In this document: one piece after another, positions 34,225 through 47,295 of the stretch
How the letters are laid out: the number at the start of each line of letters is the position of its first letter
How positions within the stretch are numbered: position 1 is the stretch's first letter
Assembly: GCA_038496445.1 (NCBI GenBank)
Contig: JALMLS010000344.1
Location: forward strand, 62,001 to 126,000
From: Trichosphaerium sp. ATCC 40318
Lineage: Eukaryota > Protista > Tubulinea
Reading direction: 5' to 3'
Length of the DNA: 64,000 nucleotides
Made by a program: the position numbers and the translations under genes
The notes under the pieces: model-generated
Seen by the model: only the letters and a program-made list of their open reading frames with translations
What the model was told of the DNA's origin: nothing
Database searches by the model: none

Positions 34225-34698
34225 ATGCTCGATTCTATCAAACAACGTTTCGCCTCATTCTGCAACGTCTTCAAGAAGAAGAAGAACGGCAAGGGATCTA
34301 AAGCAAAGTACGCCACCGACGACGACAATATTCTCGGAGAAGGCGCCAGTAACGCTGCCCACGCTTGCACGAACAGCAGCACCCAAGAGCCTATGGTGTC
34401 GAAAGTAATTCAAGATGACCTCCCCAAAACCGAAGTCAAACTGCTCAATACGGTCCTCCCACACGCAGCGAAGCTCCAGAGCAACGCACAGTCTGAAAAC
34501 ATAGTGCAACCAACAAAGGTGCTTAAAACCTCGCCAAAGGCGCCAGCCGTCATACCACCATTGGCTACAAGCGACGCACTCACTTTGGCGATGTACAAGC
34601 AACCTCTAACGGCTGATCCTTACGAAGACATTGTCGAGGACATGTTTTGTGCAGTGGTTGAGGAGTGGGCTCTTGAGCAAGGGATAGATTTATCCTAG
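34225..34698 (+). CDS. Truncated kinase-like protein (subdomains I-VIa only), intronless
   Basis: ILGEGAS (Gly loop), MVSKVI (beta3 Lys), KTEVKLL (alphaC Glu), SENIVQ (HPNIV-like), EDIVEDMFCAV (alphaE), then EQGIDLS* where HRD would be. Confidence 0.65.
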   Translation: MLDSIKQRFASFCNVFKKKKNGKGSKAKYATDDDNILGEGASNAAHACTNSSTQEPMVSKVIQDDLPKTEVKLLNTVLPHAAKLQSNAQSENIVQPTKVLKTSPKAPAVIPPLATSDALTLAMYKQPLTADPYEDIVEDMFCAVVEEWALEQGIDLS

Positions 34699-35107
34699 AC
34701 CCAAACCTACAAAAAACTAATGTAAATAAAAAAATACTTGTACTTTAAATAATAGACTTGATTTTCTTTATCAAACGATGTTTCTTTATTTCGGACACAA
34801 AAAAATTGTCATTTCTAGTTAGTGCAACTACTCGCATGCACGGTTGAAAAAAGTTTGCGTTTAACGTACCTTTTTTCCAAAGCATTGCAGATGATTGTTT
34901 TTAGGCTTTTCTTTCGCACGAGTTTAAGAATAGCACGCTGAGGTGTTTAAAGTCACGTACTAAGTGTACTCGCATGGATACTCTAGATTTTTCGAAGTAG
35001 AATATGTTGGTTATTCCAGAACACTTTGCACCAAGCAATATTGATTTGATGTATTGTAATAATTACTGTCACGTGACAAAAATAAAAAATGATAAAAAAA
35101 AGCTTGT

Positions 35108-36168
35108 TTACACAGTTTTATTGAACAATGAAGGAAAGTAATACCGTCTTTCATCTGGTCCGTCATCTATCCATGCTATTCCTGTACTCAATAGGAGATT
35201 CTAGTTGAACAAGTCTTAGTTTCATCAGAAAACCAAAAAAAAATTACCAATGCAATAGAAATACGATTGTCGTCCCAACTTAGCTCCTTTTTCAGTTTGC
35301 CTTCTGTCACGTATGCATCTGTCTTGGGGTAGAAATCAGTAATCTTGGTTTCGTAAAATAATCTAATTGTACGTACTTCTGCTACTAGTAATACAAAAGA
35401 ATGATCTTGTGATAACTCACAAGGAACAGATTGAACCATTTTTCTTGATCCTACCTTAATAATACCAAATCCATCACCAAGCTCTCTCAAGTGTTTAACG
35501 GAGCGTTCTATATCATCACTATTTCAAAGTGACAAACAAGCTTTACAAGGGAAGAGTGTGGTCCACACAGGAAGATGGTTTTTTGGGGTTTTTTGACACG
35601 TACATTGAAACGTTCTGGCCTTGGGCACCTCTTGCACCTTTTTGAAGTTCTACCAGCAAGTCTTCTATAGCTATAATACCTCCATTGATGTTCCTTGTGC
35701 GAATGCATATTTCTACAATTTGGACGCCGAGTTCGTAATAAAAGCTTCCAATACCGAGCAAGTTTGCCCACATACCCTTTCGCGCTATTATATGGTGTAA
35801 GTGTCAACAGCAATTTTCGATTATGCTGTTTGGCTTACACATCAATGGATCAACACCAATTCTACTGCACATATCATTGAAGTGTTTACGAACCACTGGG
35901 TTACTGTTTATGGCGTCTTTATGTTTTCTAGCAAACCGTTCAAGGTGTTGTTTAAAAACTGTCATTTGTTCGCCCATCTATGGCTATTGGTATCATTATT
36001 GGCTAAATTAACGTACTTCACTACGTTTTTGTGTAGAAAGCTCTTTTCCATGCTTTTTAAACGCTGCCTGTGTTATATTATAAGTAATGTGGCGTTATTA
36101 CGTTGCAATTTTACCAGATTGCTTCGTTTGTTACGTAACGCTGCTATGCCAACGCCCCGTCTCTTCAT
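35108..36168 (-). CDS. SNF8: ESCRT-II subunit Vps22/SNF8/EAP30
   Basis: MKRRGVGIAAL, LERFARKHKDAINSNPVVRKHFNDMCSRIGVDPL, WANLLGIGSFYYELGVQIVEIC..NGGII, MVQSVPCELSQDH, WIDD..YYFPSLF. Confidence 0.95.
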
Positions 36169-36577
36169 TATTGTATGACGTGCTGTAAAGCACTATTTTA
36201 ACGGTTCAAAAGTCGGGTATTGATTCACCCACTGCGTGGTTTTAGGAGTAAAGGCACTTCAGCAAACTACATACATCATCACTCGTTTAAACCTGAAACA
36301 AATTTGACGCTTTTTTATGTACATTCTAATAGCGCTGGCGTGTGGGTTGAGGTACTTTAGTAATCTTACCGCTAGATTTTGATAAGCCGCGCTTTTTAAG
36401 TACAAAACAAATTCAATAACTCAAGTGTCGAAGCTACTACATAACCTAGTACAAACAAGTATGTCTTGTTGCTGTTTTGATAGGCCACGTTGCAGATTAG
36501 ACTGCTACATGGCTTTCTTCGCCTTTAAAATGCTCTACGTAATGCTGATAAGATCCTTTAGAGTAGTATTCGCTTTC

Positions 36578-39545
36578 ATGAACAATCAACTCAAGTGCTT
36601 TCTGTGGCCGACCCAGTCAGGAGATAACTGCGTTCCGGTACATTCTAGCCAGTCCACATGTCCGAGTATAAATACTTATTCGCATAGGAACGCGATTTCG
36701 ACGGTCAAAAGGTTAAAAACGACGTCGCTATATGTTTTCCAGGCGGTACGCATAGTTTTTAAGGCTTTTTGTTGGAATTCCATGTAAAGTGCATCACTTC
36801 CTAGCGACCTTAGTATACCCCTACTGCGAGCCAAAATATATAGAGGGTTTTTAGATCGGAAGTTCTATAGCCTCCTTTGCACGGAAAAAAGAACTTTAGC
36901 CCAAATATTTCTAATAACGCTGCTAGGTGGTTGCAGGGCGGCTTCGTGCAGTTTGGGACAACTAAAAGCATTGTTTGAACTTAAATTGCTTTCGCACGTT
37001 GACTACATGTCGTGTGTCAGTGGTGGCTCCTGGACAGCCAGTACGCATACTATAATGATGAATTACGCGTAGTAACTTCGATTCTAGTTGCGTGGACATA
37101 CTTGCCGGCATCTGAAAATCAAGAAAATTTTTTGGGTGATTGGGACCCAAATACGCGTACATATAAACGCCTAACAAAAGAAACCCTCGATAAACCAAAC
37201 GTAAGTACTCACCTTACGGAAAAAAAAAAGGCCAACTTTTCATTTCCCATTTGTTTTGCTTTTAACTGTAACTACGGTCTATTAAACCATTACTCTAGGG
37301 TACTCACGCTGGATCCCTTTTGGGAGTAGACGATATTGTTGAGGATACAGCAGCGGTAAAGCAAATTCAACTTTTTTTGATTCTCAAAACATTATCTCTT
37401 ACTCCTTTTTTTAGGAAGCTTACCATGGTAAGTCCACCTCTCGTTATTGTTTAATTGAGTTTTAAATAATATGGGAATTTATTTTTTTTTTAGGAAGCGA
37501 TGCATATTCTCGTGCCCTTGGAGGCGTTTGTTTGAAGGTATGCTTAGACATAATATAATTTTTCTTTTTTGTTTATGTTTTATGTTCTTAGCCATACGGT
37601 TTGGACGATGGGAAACCTTTCACGTGGGTCAAAGAAAGCGTTAACCGCCTGGCTAGTCTAAATGGTAATAATTTTTTTTGTCGTTTGCGAGTACTGACGC
37701 TGGTAATGATAGACGAGAAGCCTGAAGACATGGAAAAAAAAATTCATTACGCACGTGCTTGGCAACAATTGTTTTTTTGAAGCTTGTGAAGCCTAACATT
37801 GCCTGTAGGTTGAACGTGATCGTCCATTCCTTATATCTAATATGACAGTTATTCTTAACCCATGGACACCTATGAGTAGTATTGAAAAGCTACCAATGGA
37901 AGCAACACCTCTTTATACTGGCATGCGTGGCTTCTTTAAAAAAGTACGTCATAAAATAACGGATGTAGAACTTTTTTCTTATTTTGGATTAAAAGGCTGG
38001 TGGTGGTTTATGGAGTTATGGGAAATCTCTAGATCTTGGTGGTGGTCTGGTGGAGGGTATTGGATTCAATACATGTACGTTAATAAGCGCAATGCATTGC
38101 TAGAAGTGCTAAGGTTCGTAAACTAAGTTAATGTTTAGCATCTCCTAAAATGATCACAGAAGCGTCTTTAGACAATACTCTAGAAGTATCTGTAAAAGCT
38201 CCTTCTAATGCATTTACATTATATAACGTACTGGGTTCTACATCTGCAGCACCAGAACTTCATGCATCTTGGATGCATATGAACTATTTCTTTCCTCAAT
38301 ATCGTGTAAGTTTTTTTTATATTTTTGACTTTCTATCCCAGCAACAAACCTCAGTATCGTTAAATGTAATTTTTAGATGTGGCCAAACTATGAAGATGCT
38401 ACTAAAACAACACGTGGATCAGGAGGTAAATATAACATCTCACAAAAGGAGAGCTTAGCGAACTCTTTTTTTTCTTTTTGACTTGGTTCTTTTTTTCTAC
38501 CTAAGTAGATGATGTCTTACTGTTCTTTTATAGATTATAAGTACAGTGTGGGTGATGGCGGTATATTAGATAATACAGGATTGTGTTCTGTTCTATCACG
38601 CAAAGTTAAAAAAGCAATCGTTTTTGTGAACACCAACTCGTAAGAAATTTGTACCTTTTTTTCTGATTCGAAATAAAAACCTTTGTGACGCTTACCTCTT
38701 CTTAGGCCTATTGAGAAGGATGGTGACACATATAAATGCGATAATTATATACCTAACTTGTTTGGATTCCAAGGAGATGGTGCCATGAAAGGAATGATGA
38801 AACTAATCTATGATGGTACACTTTTTAATCAACCGCACTTTTTTGTCAAAAACTTAAGAATTTTGGTTCACTTTTTGTTTTGGGTTTTTTTTATTTTTTC
38901 GGGTTCTAGTTTGCTTACAGCGTTGTTTATAGGTAATGATAAGAGGTGTCATGTTCTAAAGGATGATGATAAACACACAAAGTTTAATGAACTCATGGAA
39001 GGTCTTTTAAAGAGCTCAGAAACATCAAACGTAAGTTGTTCTTCAAAAAGAAACTGAGATCAGAAAAATATCTCGACATTTGTGTTTTTTTCTCAACTTT
39101 TTATTTTAGGGCGCACAAATCTATGAGGGTGAATACGAAGTTGTTAAAAATGATTTTTATAATACTTCACCATATACTGTAAAGATATTATGGGTGTATC
39201 TAAACAATAATCCGTGCGTCAACCGAAGAATAATGAAAAAGATTTTTCACTTTTTTTCCATTTTTTCCGTTTTTATCTTTTTCTTTTATTTTGTGATATG
39301 TGATTGACCCTTTTGTGTATAGACAATTCAAGGATGATCGTTATAAAGATGATGAGGATGTTAAAGAGGCTATTACTGATATGGAAAAGAAAGAAAACTT
39401 CCCTTACTTAGCAACTTTTGCTGAGAATATTAAGAGGTTTATATTTGTTGGTTATACACAAAGACAAATTAACTTACTTGGTGATATATGCTACTATAAT
39501 ATTATGAGTAATGCATCAAAGTTTGAGAAGTTCGTTAAGACTTAA
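36578..39545 (+). CDS. Patatin/cPLA2-lysophospholipase superfamily acyl hydrolase
   Basis: Oxyanion motif VAICFPGGGCRAA, nucleophile YMSCVSGGSW, catalytic Asp motif GDGGILDNTG. Many short exons, including a 13-nt exon at 37415-37427. Confidence 0.82.
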
Positions 39546-40756
39546 AAAGAGTTCAAACAACAACGAGAAAAAACAAACAATCGAAAACTCACATGTTTTT
39601 TTGATGTGTTTTTTTTTAACGTTGTTTTTGAATGGAGTTCTCAAAGTTACCGAAATGCTTGGGTGCTTACGGAATGGGACTTGTATGTAGTATGTAATGT
39701 ATATATGTTAGAAATAAAAATGATATTGTAATTAAAACGCACATGTTTCTGCCCATGTGTTTACAAAAATATAAAACTTTCATTGTACTAGTACACTTCA
39801 CTATAATGAATTCGCTATGGTCTTTTTAAACCATACTCGATAACACTTTTGTGTTGTTTTTTATATTAAACGTACACTTGGCGCTCAAATTAAAACTTTG
39901 GAGTTAAGCTTTTATCCTTGTATCTAGAGTAGCCAAGGAAACAAGTAGTCAAAATAATTCACACTATGGCAATCTTTTTGAAAACACATTGCGTTCTGGT
40001 GCCGTCACTCCGTCCGTTGAACACAAATGGCTTTGAACTCAGAATTCTATATTACCCTCCCAACGTCGTTTTAACGTTGTTTATTATTTCGGGTGAGGGT
40101 CGGTGCGTTCTGGGTCGATAACGCCATTGTGTGAATGCACATATTTGTAAATTCGGCACGCTTGCTTCCCCAAAAAAGATCGTTGTTATCGCCATGGTTA
40201 TGTATAGCGAGGACATGTATACGTAGGGAAAGAAAAGATGACGATACACGAGGAGCAAGCGAGATTCCCAAGAATCCATACAAATACCTAAAAAGCTATC
40301 CCCAATAAGTGCCAGTATTGTGACAAAAAAACGTAATTCTTGAGAAAATACAGAAATAACACTGTTGACGCTATATAAGAATGGGTTTACGAATCGTCAT
40401 CAATTAGAACTCAGGCGTACCTACCTTAGTACTGTGCTAATTATTGGCCAAGTAAAAGGTACAGTAAAACCCCGAGATAGTGAAATTAGTAATCTTATGT
40501 TTTTCCGCCAGTTTTCCCTCAACCAAAAGTAACCGTTACCATGCTTTCTTGGCGCCAACTCGACGGGTTGCGGCTGTTCCAGTAAATTCTGTTCTTTGAA
40601 AATTAACTCCCGCTAAATCACTGCTCCAGTGTCACGTTAGCGTCACGTGATCAAAACGACACCACGTGGAACAAAAAAGTCCTCGTGAATTTTCTGGTGA
40701 ATTCGTATAATATTTGGTCATTATTTAAATCCTCAACATACACCACAACTCATCTC

Positions 40757-41355
40757 ATGCATACCTACGACATACGCATTGTAAAGCAAACAGGCTTCTG
40801 TTCAACTGACTACATCCGCTATGAACTTAGTGTTGGTGGTACGTCGTTTGAGTTCGACCTATAATTTTAAGAAAACCAAAACCAAAAAAAAAAAAAAAGC
40901 AAAGCGCTAGCGAAGTTTCGGTTACGGTTCGTTTTACTTACTCCTAGCGTAGGCGCAGTATACTTCGGTGACCAATTAGCTGATAAACATTTGAGCGTTG
41001 TATTTCATAACGTCGCTTGGGAAAAGGGCGCCAAAGGAACCCTAACACTTAAACCAAAGGTACGTTATCAATGATGCTATCATCACCGAAAAACCCAAAA
41101 ACTGCGCCGCACAATTTTCTCTTTACTCCTAAAGTACTATGTACGTATCTAACATACTTATTATAGAACGGCAAGAGCTTTGAATTTGACTTGGAGCCAC
41201 CAGAGTGCTTGAAATTGTACAAAAGATGTGTTGACAGAATTCACGTCAAAGTAATGTCACCAACACATGGCCTACAAGTCCGTAAAATTTGTTTCAGATT
41301 GAAATGGAAGACAGCCGATAGGCGCCAACGCCACTTAAACACATCACGTGGTTGA
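40757..41355 (+). CDS. Small beta-rich hypothetical protein (about 125 aa, 3 exons)
   Basis: MHTYDIRIVKQTGFCSTDYIRYELSVG/GAVYFGD..TLTLKPK/NGKSFEFDLEP..RG*, joined by two GTACGT..AG introns. Confidence 0.6.
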
Positions 41356-42488
41356 GTAAAGCGCGAAGTAAGTTTGTAAAAAGAAAAGAAAACTGTGAAT
41401 ACAAAAAACCTTGTAAATAAAACAAAGGCTCTATCCCAGCCTTACAAATGGGAAATTTTTCAACCTATAAACTTGAGATTTTGGTTTTGTCCTCAATGAA
41501 TATTCCATTCACGATGAGAAAAGCGTTTGCTGAATCTTTCCAGAATGTATTTTCTGAAAATTCTTAATCAACTATGGGCGACTATGTGGTCATCCTTTAT
41601 GTACCCACTCTATTTAACTAGCCCAAAGTTGCACTGTTGCAGGAACTTTGATGATACCGATCGCTGCCTACATCCATGCATTTTCCACTCCCAGTCATTC
41701 GCGCTCTGTCCTCTTATAAAAACGTGTAGATATATCTTTGGAAAATCCATCTTATAAGCTAGGAACTTATGGTGGTCGTTTAATATAATAATATCATCAA
41801 TGCGCCATACAGCGTGCTTCTTTAAAATACTTTTTTGTTGTAATAGTGATTACGCTTAACGAAGAGTTGTTAGATTGCCTTTACTATCATGCATCCTCTG
41901 TGTGAAATATATCAAGTTCGCACATCCACATACATTATCATCTACATCCCCGGTTGGTAGGACATGTGGCGTCCTCTTTGGGGATGACGCACATAAGTTG
42001 GATAAGGAATAGGTTCCGTTCTAGCATAAACTGACCTTTCTTCCTTTTTTCTGCTTTGAATGAGTGCCGTATTCTCCTTCAAAGCATTCAAGGAAAGACA
42101 GTCAGCGATCAAATCACTAACTATTGATACTACACTAGTTTTACTTGAGTAATGTGCATGTAGGAATGATAAAAAAGAAGGCGTTCTCAAGCATTGAGTG
42201 ATGATAATAAATGGGAAAGGAGTGCAATAATCTGGCAGTTTTTATTTATTTACATGAGATGGTACATTGTTTTTTAAGCCAAGAAAACTATCAAAAAAAA
42301 AAATGAATGTGTGCTTTCAGTTTACAACTGCTTCATTCTCACAGGTTTAGTAATTAAACCTGTGCACATTTTTAAGAATGTAGTAAGGAGAGATGGGTGT
42401 ATGTAGGTCATCAAGACAAAAAGAATAGTGCTAGAGACAAAGGGCAAAAGAGTTGGCTCAGAGACACCAAAAAAAAAAACCAACATTT

Positions 42489-44352
42489 TTAGACTCCATT
42501 AGTGAAGTGTAGTGATGTCTTATGACTTCTGTACTCGTGTTTAGATCTAGCGGGTATACGTGCCAGTTGATTTGGCAATGTTGGTGTGCTGTGTCTTCTT
42601 CCAGATGTAGGACATCTTCTTTGTATTTGAGATAGTGGTTTAGTAATATTCTTTGTATCTGGGTGACCAGCCCACATAAACTATTTCGGTAAACGTTAGT
42701 AAAAAATCACAAAAAAAAAGTAAAAGTTTTTGTTGTCGGATCACCATTGACAAGATACTTTTTTTTTGGTGTTTTGTATTGAAGATATATATTGTATTTA
42801 CCATTTTTTTTGCAATAGTTTGTCAAAACAATAAGCACGGTGTTTTAAAGAGTTAGATTGTTTTTTTTTTGAAACTCGATTTTTTTCGGTTTTTTAGGAT
42901 TTTTTTTCTTTGTTTATTTTACGTACCGATACACCCTTGGCAATCTTCATTATGTTTGATGTTAGTGATAACCTTTTTGAATCGTTAACAATGAGATAGT
43001 CTTTTGCTGATTTGCTGCATATAAGCCATGAATAATGAGGTATAATTGTTAAGTTATGATTTTCCTTCAAATCCCAAAACAGGGCATCAATGCCATTACT
43101 AATAGACGCATACATTTGCTCATCAACAATACACGGACCTATAACAGCGTTAGCAGATCAACTAAATCCGAAATAAACTAAGGTTTTTGGAACAGAAAAA
43201 GAGCGAAAAAAATCAAAAAAAAAAAAGAAAACAAGTCATGGCGATTACTGTCTCAAAACAGCGCTGTAATACACTAAAAATACGTCACTATTGCCGTATA
43301 GTATATAGGCTGCACTTTGATTTAAAAAACAATACTCTCAGGTCACCAAATCCTTGTAGTTGCAAACCAAAAAATAAAATACAAAAATCTCTTATTTTCT
43401 CACCCAATATTTTTTGTAGTTTGACTTTCATCACTTCAGCGCCAACACCTGTATAATGAGATACTCTAACAAATATTTTTTCTTGATTTAATCTTGGGAA
43501 AAACACAGGTGTCTTCAAATCCTCCTTTCTTATCAATGTATCTGCAGGACTATCAAGTACACGCTCGAATGATTGTACAATTAATCGAGCAATCTCAGTA
43601 AAAGGTACTTGATACTTTATGATCGTTTTACGCATACCATTAATCAATCGCGTATCATTCACTTCAGCTAGGCGTTTTTGAAGTATATTATCTAAGATAT
43701 ACGAGTAAACGGCCAACGGTTCGTTATTATATGTAGTAAAAAGGGAACAGATGGTTGGTATCAGAGCTTAAAGCCTAAAAAGGATGCTGTCGTTGAAAAA
43801 TTAACCAAAACAGGGTGTTTTTCTCGAGAAGCTACAACCTATTATTGCCAAGCGCGCGTACCTGTGATGACGCATTGCTCAGGGTCTGTTATGCAATAAA
43901 ATTCAGCTTCCTTTGCTAGCTTCTCGACGTTAACCCCAGCCAAGTCCCACTCGCCTACCAAGGTTAAGAGACAGGTTTAAAACAATTGTGATGCATTAGC
44001 CAAAATAGGGTTTTGGCCATCGCTTACCAGTACGTAAGTAGTCTACAAAGAAATGAGTACACAGCATAAACTGACTATTGTACCCAGTATGTATTCAAAA
44101 TACTTTCCATTGCGATCAATAAAGTAATTTCCATCCCTATCCTTTAGTGCAGGTACCTGGTGAAGTATTCGTAAGAGTTCCTTTCGAATGGTTCGTCTGC
44201 CGCACATTATTCGATAACAATGCCGTAAAGTAGTTCTCTAGATGACCATTACGCGTAAGCGTATTTTTGGTGGTTTGATATACAATGCCACCAATATTTA
44301 GGCCAATTATCCCTGTACTTGATGTATTATCAGCTTGAGATGTTTCGCTCAT
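42489..44352 (-). CDS. KCTD-type BTB/POZ (T1) domain protein
   Basis: IIGLNIGGIVYQTTKNTL..YFTALL..DGNYFIDRNGKYFEYIL/DYLRTG..LAKEAEFYCI. 3' exons approximate. Confidence 0.82.
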
Positions 44353-44560
44353 AAGCCCATGCAAACCTACATGATTATACAGCCAAAAACCAGCAAGTTG
44401 TAAAGTAGCCAAGTCCAATCACAAATACTGCACAAACCCTCAAGAATTATACTGTCATACGAAAAAAATACAGTGATAGAAATGATCGGTCACCTGTGGT
44501 GAATAAAATACATCAACACGATTTTTTTTATTTTACAATTTAAATGGCTTTTTGCGAGGT

Positions 44561-45782
44561 TCAACTGAATAGTTGTTCTATAACAAGCGTTATAGCAATG
44601 TCAATGCCTTTGATATGACATAAAGCTTTGAATTTACTTGCAAGCTGTGCTACATTATTATAACTCTTCGTTCTGTCGCGTGCAGCTACGGGAAAAAAAT
44701 AGCTCCGTTAGTATTGTAACAACAAAGCCAAATTGTGTGAAAAAATTTCGACAAGAAAACAAAAGTCACTTATAAAAACGTCATGTAAACAAAAATCAAG
44801 TTTTGACATTTTTTTGTATCGTACCTTGGCTAAACATTGGAAAAAGGTTTACACTATTTGATAAAATGCCTGTAGCTGTTACAATAATCCTCCATGATAT
44901 TGTAGCGCGATAGGGAAGGTTACTACGATAAATATTTAGCATTCGCCACCCACAAAAAAAGAAAAAAAACCAAAGAATGTCAATGTAAATGACCTACCTA
45001 TTTGATAAATCCAAGGCATTTGATAACTTGCCACCAGGCAAAGTTACAATATCAGGGTGTTCTTCTTTGAATGAACAAAAAAGTTGGCCCCTCTGTTTGA
45101 CACGCTCAGCGTACTGTGCAAATGTTCTCAAAAATTTAAATACAGAGTTATCTTTTTCTGTGCTAAGGCGTTATGAGCTTGTAAAAAATACTAACATAGA
45201 ATACATACCATGCAATAATATCCTTTAGTTCGTGCTCAATCTCTGGCTGCACACGAACCTTTACTTTAGTGACAGATAATGAAACTTCACTGACAATAAA
45301 AATTATTTGAAAAAACAGTCCGTGACTTTCACCACGCAAGGTGTAGCGCTTTTGGCGTTCATCTTTAGGCGATATTAGAGGTAAAATACATAGTATAAAT
45401 GTCAAACGTTAAAAATTTGTTGAGAAATTAGTTTTGGCGCAATTTCGTTGACATTTGTTGCTGAGTGCGTACCAGTATCGTTTATAAATACATGTGATAC
45501 ATGGACAAACCGAATGCCGGTAAAATTTGCTAAATGGCTTATATTCGCTTCTATTACGTCAGGTTTGACCATCTTTTCGCTCTTTTCTGCCTTTAGGTAT
45601 TCTTTGTTGTTTGCTGCGATCAGGAGGTCGTGCAATTCAGGAAAATGCTCGTCGTTAAAAGTTTGAGCTAAATAGCACTCAATAAAAGCGATATTATTCA
45701 ATATGCGGTTTATCGTACGAGGTTTTTCTAAAGCTTGTTCTAAAGCTGCTATTTCTTCGCGCAACGCTCGTTGTTCTGTCAT
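44561..45782 (-). CDS. CENPP: Centromere protein P (CENP-P/Ctf19)-like, N-terminal coiled coil + tandem RWD
   Basis: Resembles CENP-P as I recall it: FTGI, RYTLRGESHGLFFQIIF, EL..EKDNSVFKFLRTF..QRGQLF..FKEEHPDIVTLPGG, ISWRIIVTATG, FKALCHIKGIDIAITLVI. Confidence 0.72.
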
Positions 45783-46053
45783 GAGGGCGTTTCTTTTCTC
45801 CTTTTTCAGTATTTAATTATCGCGCGGTAGTTTCGTTTAGTACCTTTAACATATGCGCGTATCGAGGCGTTGTAGCCTGTTGCGCACCAGCCAATAGCAT
45901 TGGTCGGCTGTCAATGTTGTACATGCTGTGTGGGTTGGTGTAACGGCCGCATGTCAAAAAAGTAAACAGGAGTCAATTACTTTTTGCTATGGGATTTCAA
46001 ATAACAATTTTGTATTAATGACGCACCCTGGAAATCATTTTTAATAGTATACT

Positions 46054-47070
46054 ATGGAAGCGGGCACCCCACGCCCAGATTCGCTTATTCGCATTAATGT
46101 TGGTGGAGTACGCTATGTTACAACTAAATCAACGCTAGATTCAAAGGTATAGTGTGAAATTCTGATAATGGCTGAAATTCTGTTTAGGGTGAAAATTTCT
46201 TTACTCGCATGATAGATAACCATAAGTCTGGTAAAATGCATACACCCATGGCAAGTGTTTTCGTGTATTGTAAAAAGTTGTACTGACAATTTTAATACAG
46301 GATGAAAAGGGCTACTGGTTCGTTGACAGGAATGGTAAAGCGTTTGAGGCTGTATTAGAGTTCCTACGCACAGGAGAAATTTTCTATCCGTCAACATGTA
46401 CAAAGGAACAAGTTCTACGCGAATTTGACTTCTACGGCATTGGTGAGACGTCAGTTATATTTTTTGTTATTTTTTCGTTTTGTCGCATCTGTAACAGATT
46501 CCGGCTAACTTCAGTGTTTAGATGTGCCTCCTATAGAGGAAGTAAACCACCCAACAGATTTTTTGACAGAGATACTTGATTTAAAGAGTAAGCACGTGCC
46601 AAAATCAGTACAAGACTTCTTGGATGATCACTGGTACGTAAACACTTATGTCATTATGAAAAAATTAAATAAACAAAACCGTTGTTAGTAACCCTTGCCT
46701 CTAACAACTCCTCAAAAGGGCAACAATATTCGAATTTATGAAAAATCAAGTCGTTGTTGGCATTGATTACTTCTCGTTCAGCTTCATGGAACGCAATAAC
46801 CGGGGCGAGTGGTTTTTACGCATTGCCTCAAAGAACATTATCACGCGTAACTATGGGCGCGATTTTCCAAACCAGCTATGCCAAGTACTACGCGAACACT
46901 ATGGTTTCTTAACAACTATGACAACATCAGCAAACACTTCATTTATAATTACTATTTATTTCAAACCCTCATCTACAGCAGAACGTATGTTTTTGTTCTT
47001 TGATAAGAACGCACAGTTGAGACCAGTTGGCGGACTTGATAAGAAAGAAAAGTGGCGAGTAGCATTGTAA
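46054..47070 (+). CDS. KCTD-type BTB/POZ (T1) domain protein
   Basis: LIRINVGGVRYVTTKSTL/GENFFTRMI../DEKGYWFVDRNGKAFEAVLEFLRTG..EFDFYGI. Includes a GC-AG intron at 46251-46300. Confidence 0.85.
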
Positions 47071-47295
47071 TAAGAATTCCACAAAAAAGTGAAAATAAAC
47101 CCCACGTGAGTTAATATCGTTGTAGTCAAAGCTGTAGGACTACCTATGAATAACACACGATCTTTACATGCATGGGGCACTGTCAGGAGGCTCGATTGCA
47201 GGCCTTAATTATTGCAAAGTCATAAATAGTCTTGTAGCACATTAATTGTAGTTATTTGTCTCTAATTTCAACCCGTTACGCGGAGGGAGTGCACC

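Noticed and set aside
40052-40545. Short minus-strand ORFs with intron-like signals
   Set aside because: No consistent frame and no recognisable homology.
41450-42200. Fragmentary minus-strand ORFs, possible pseudogene
   Set aside because: Stops occur in all frames and no family motif supports a call.
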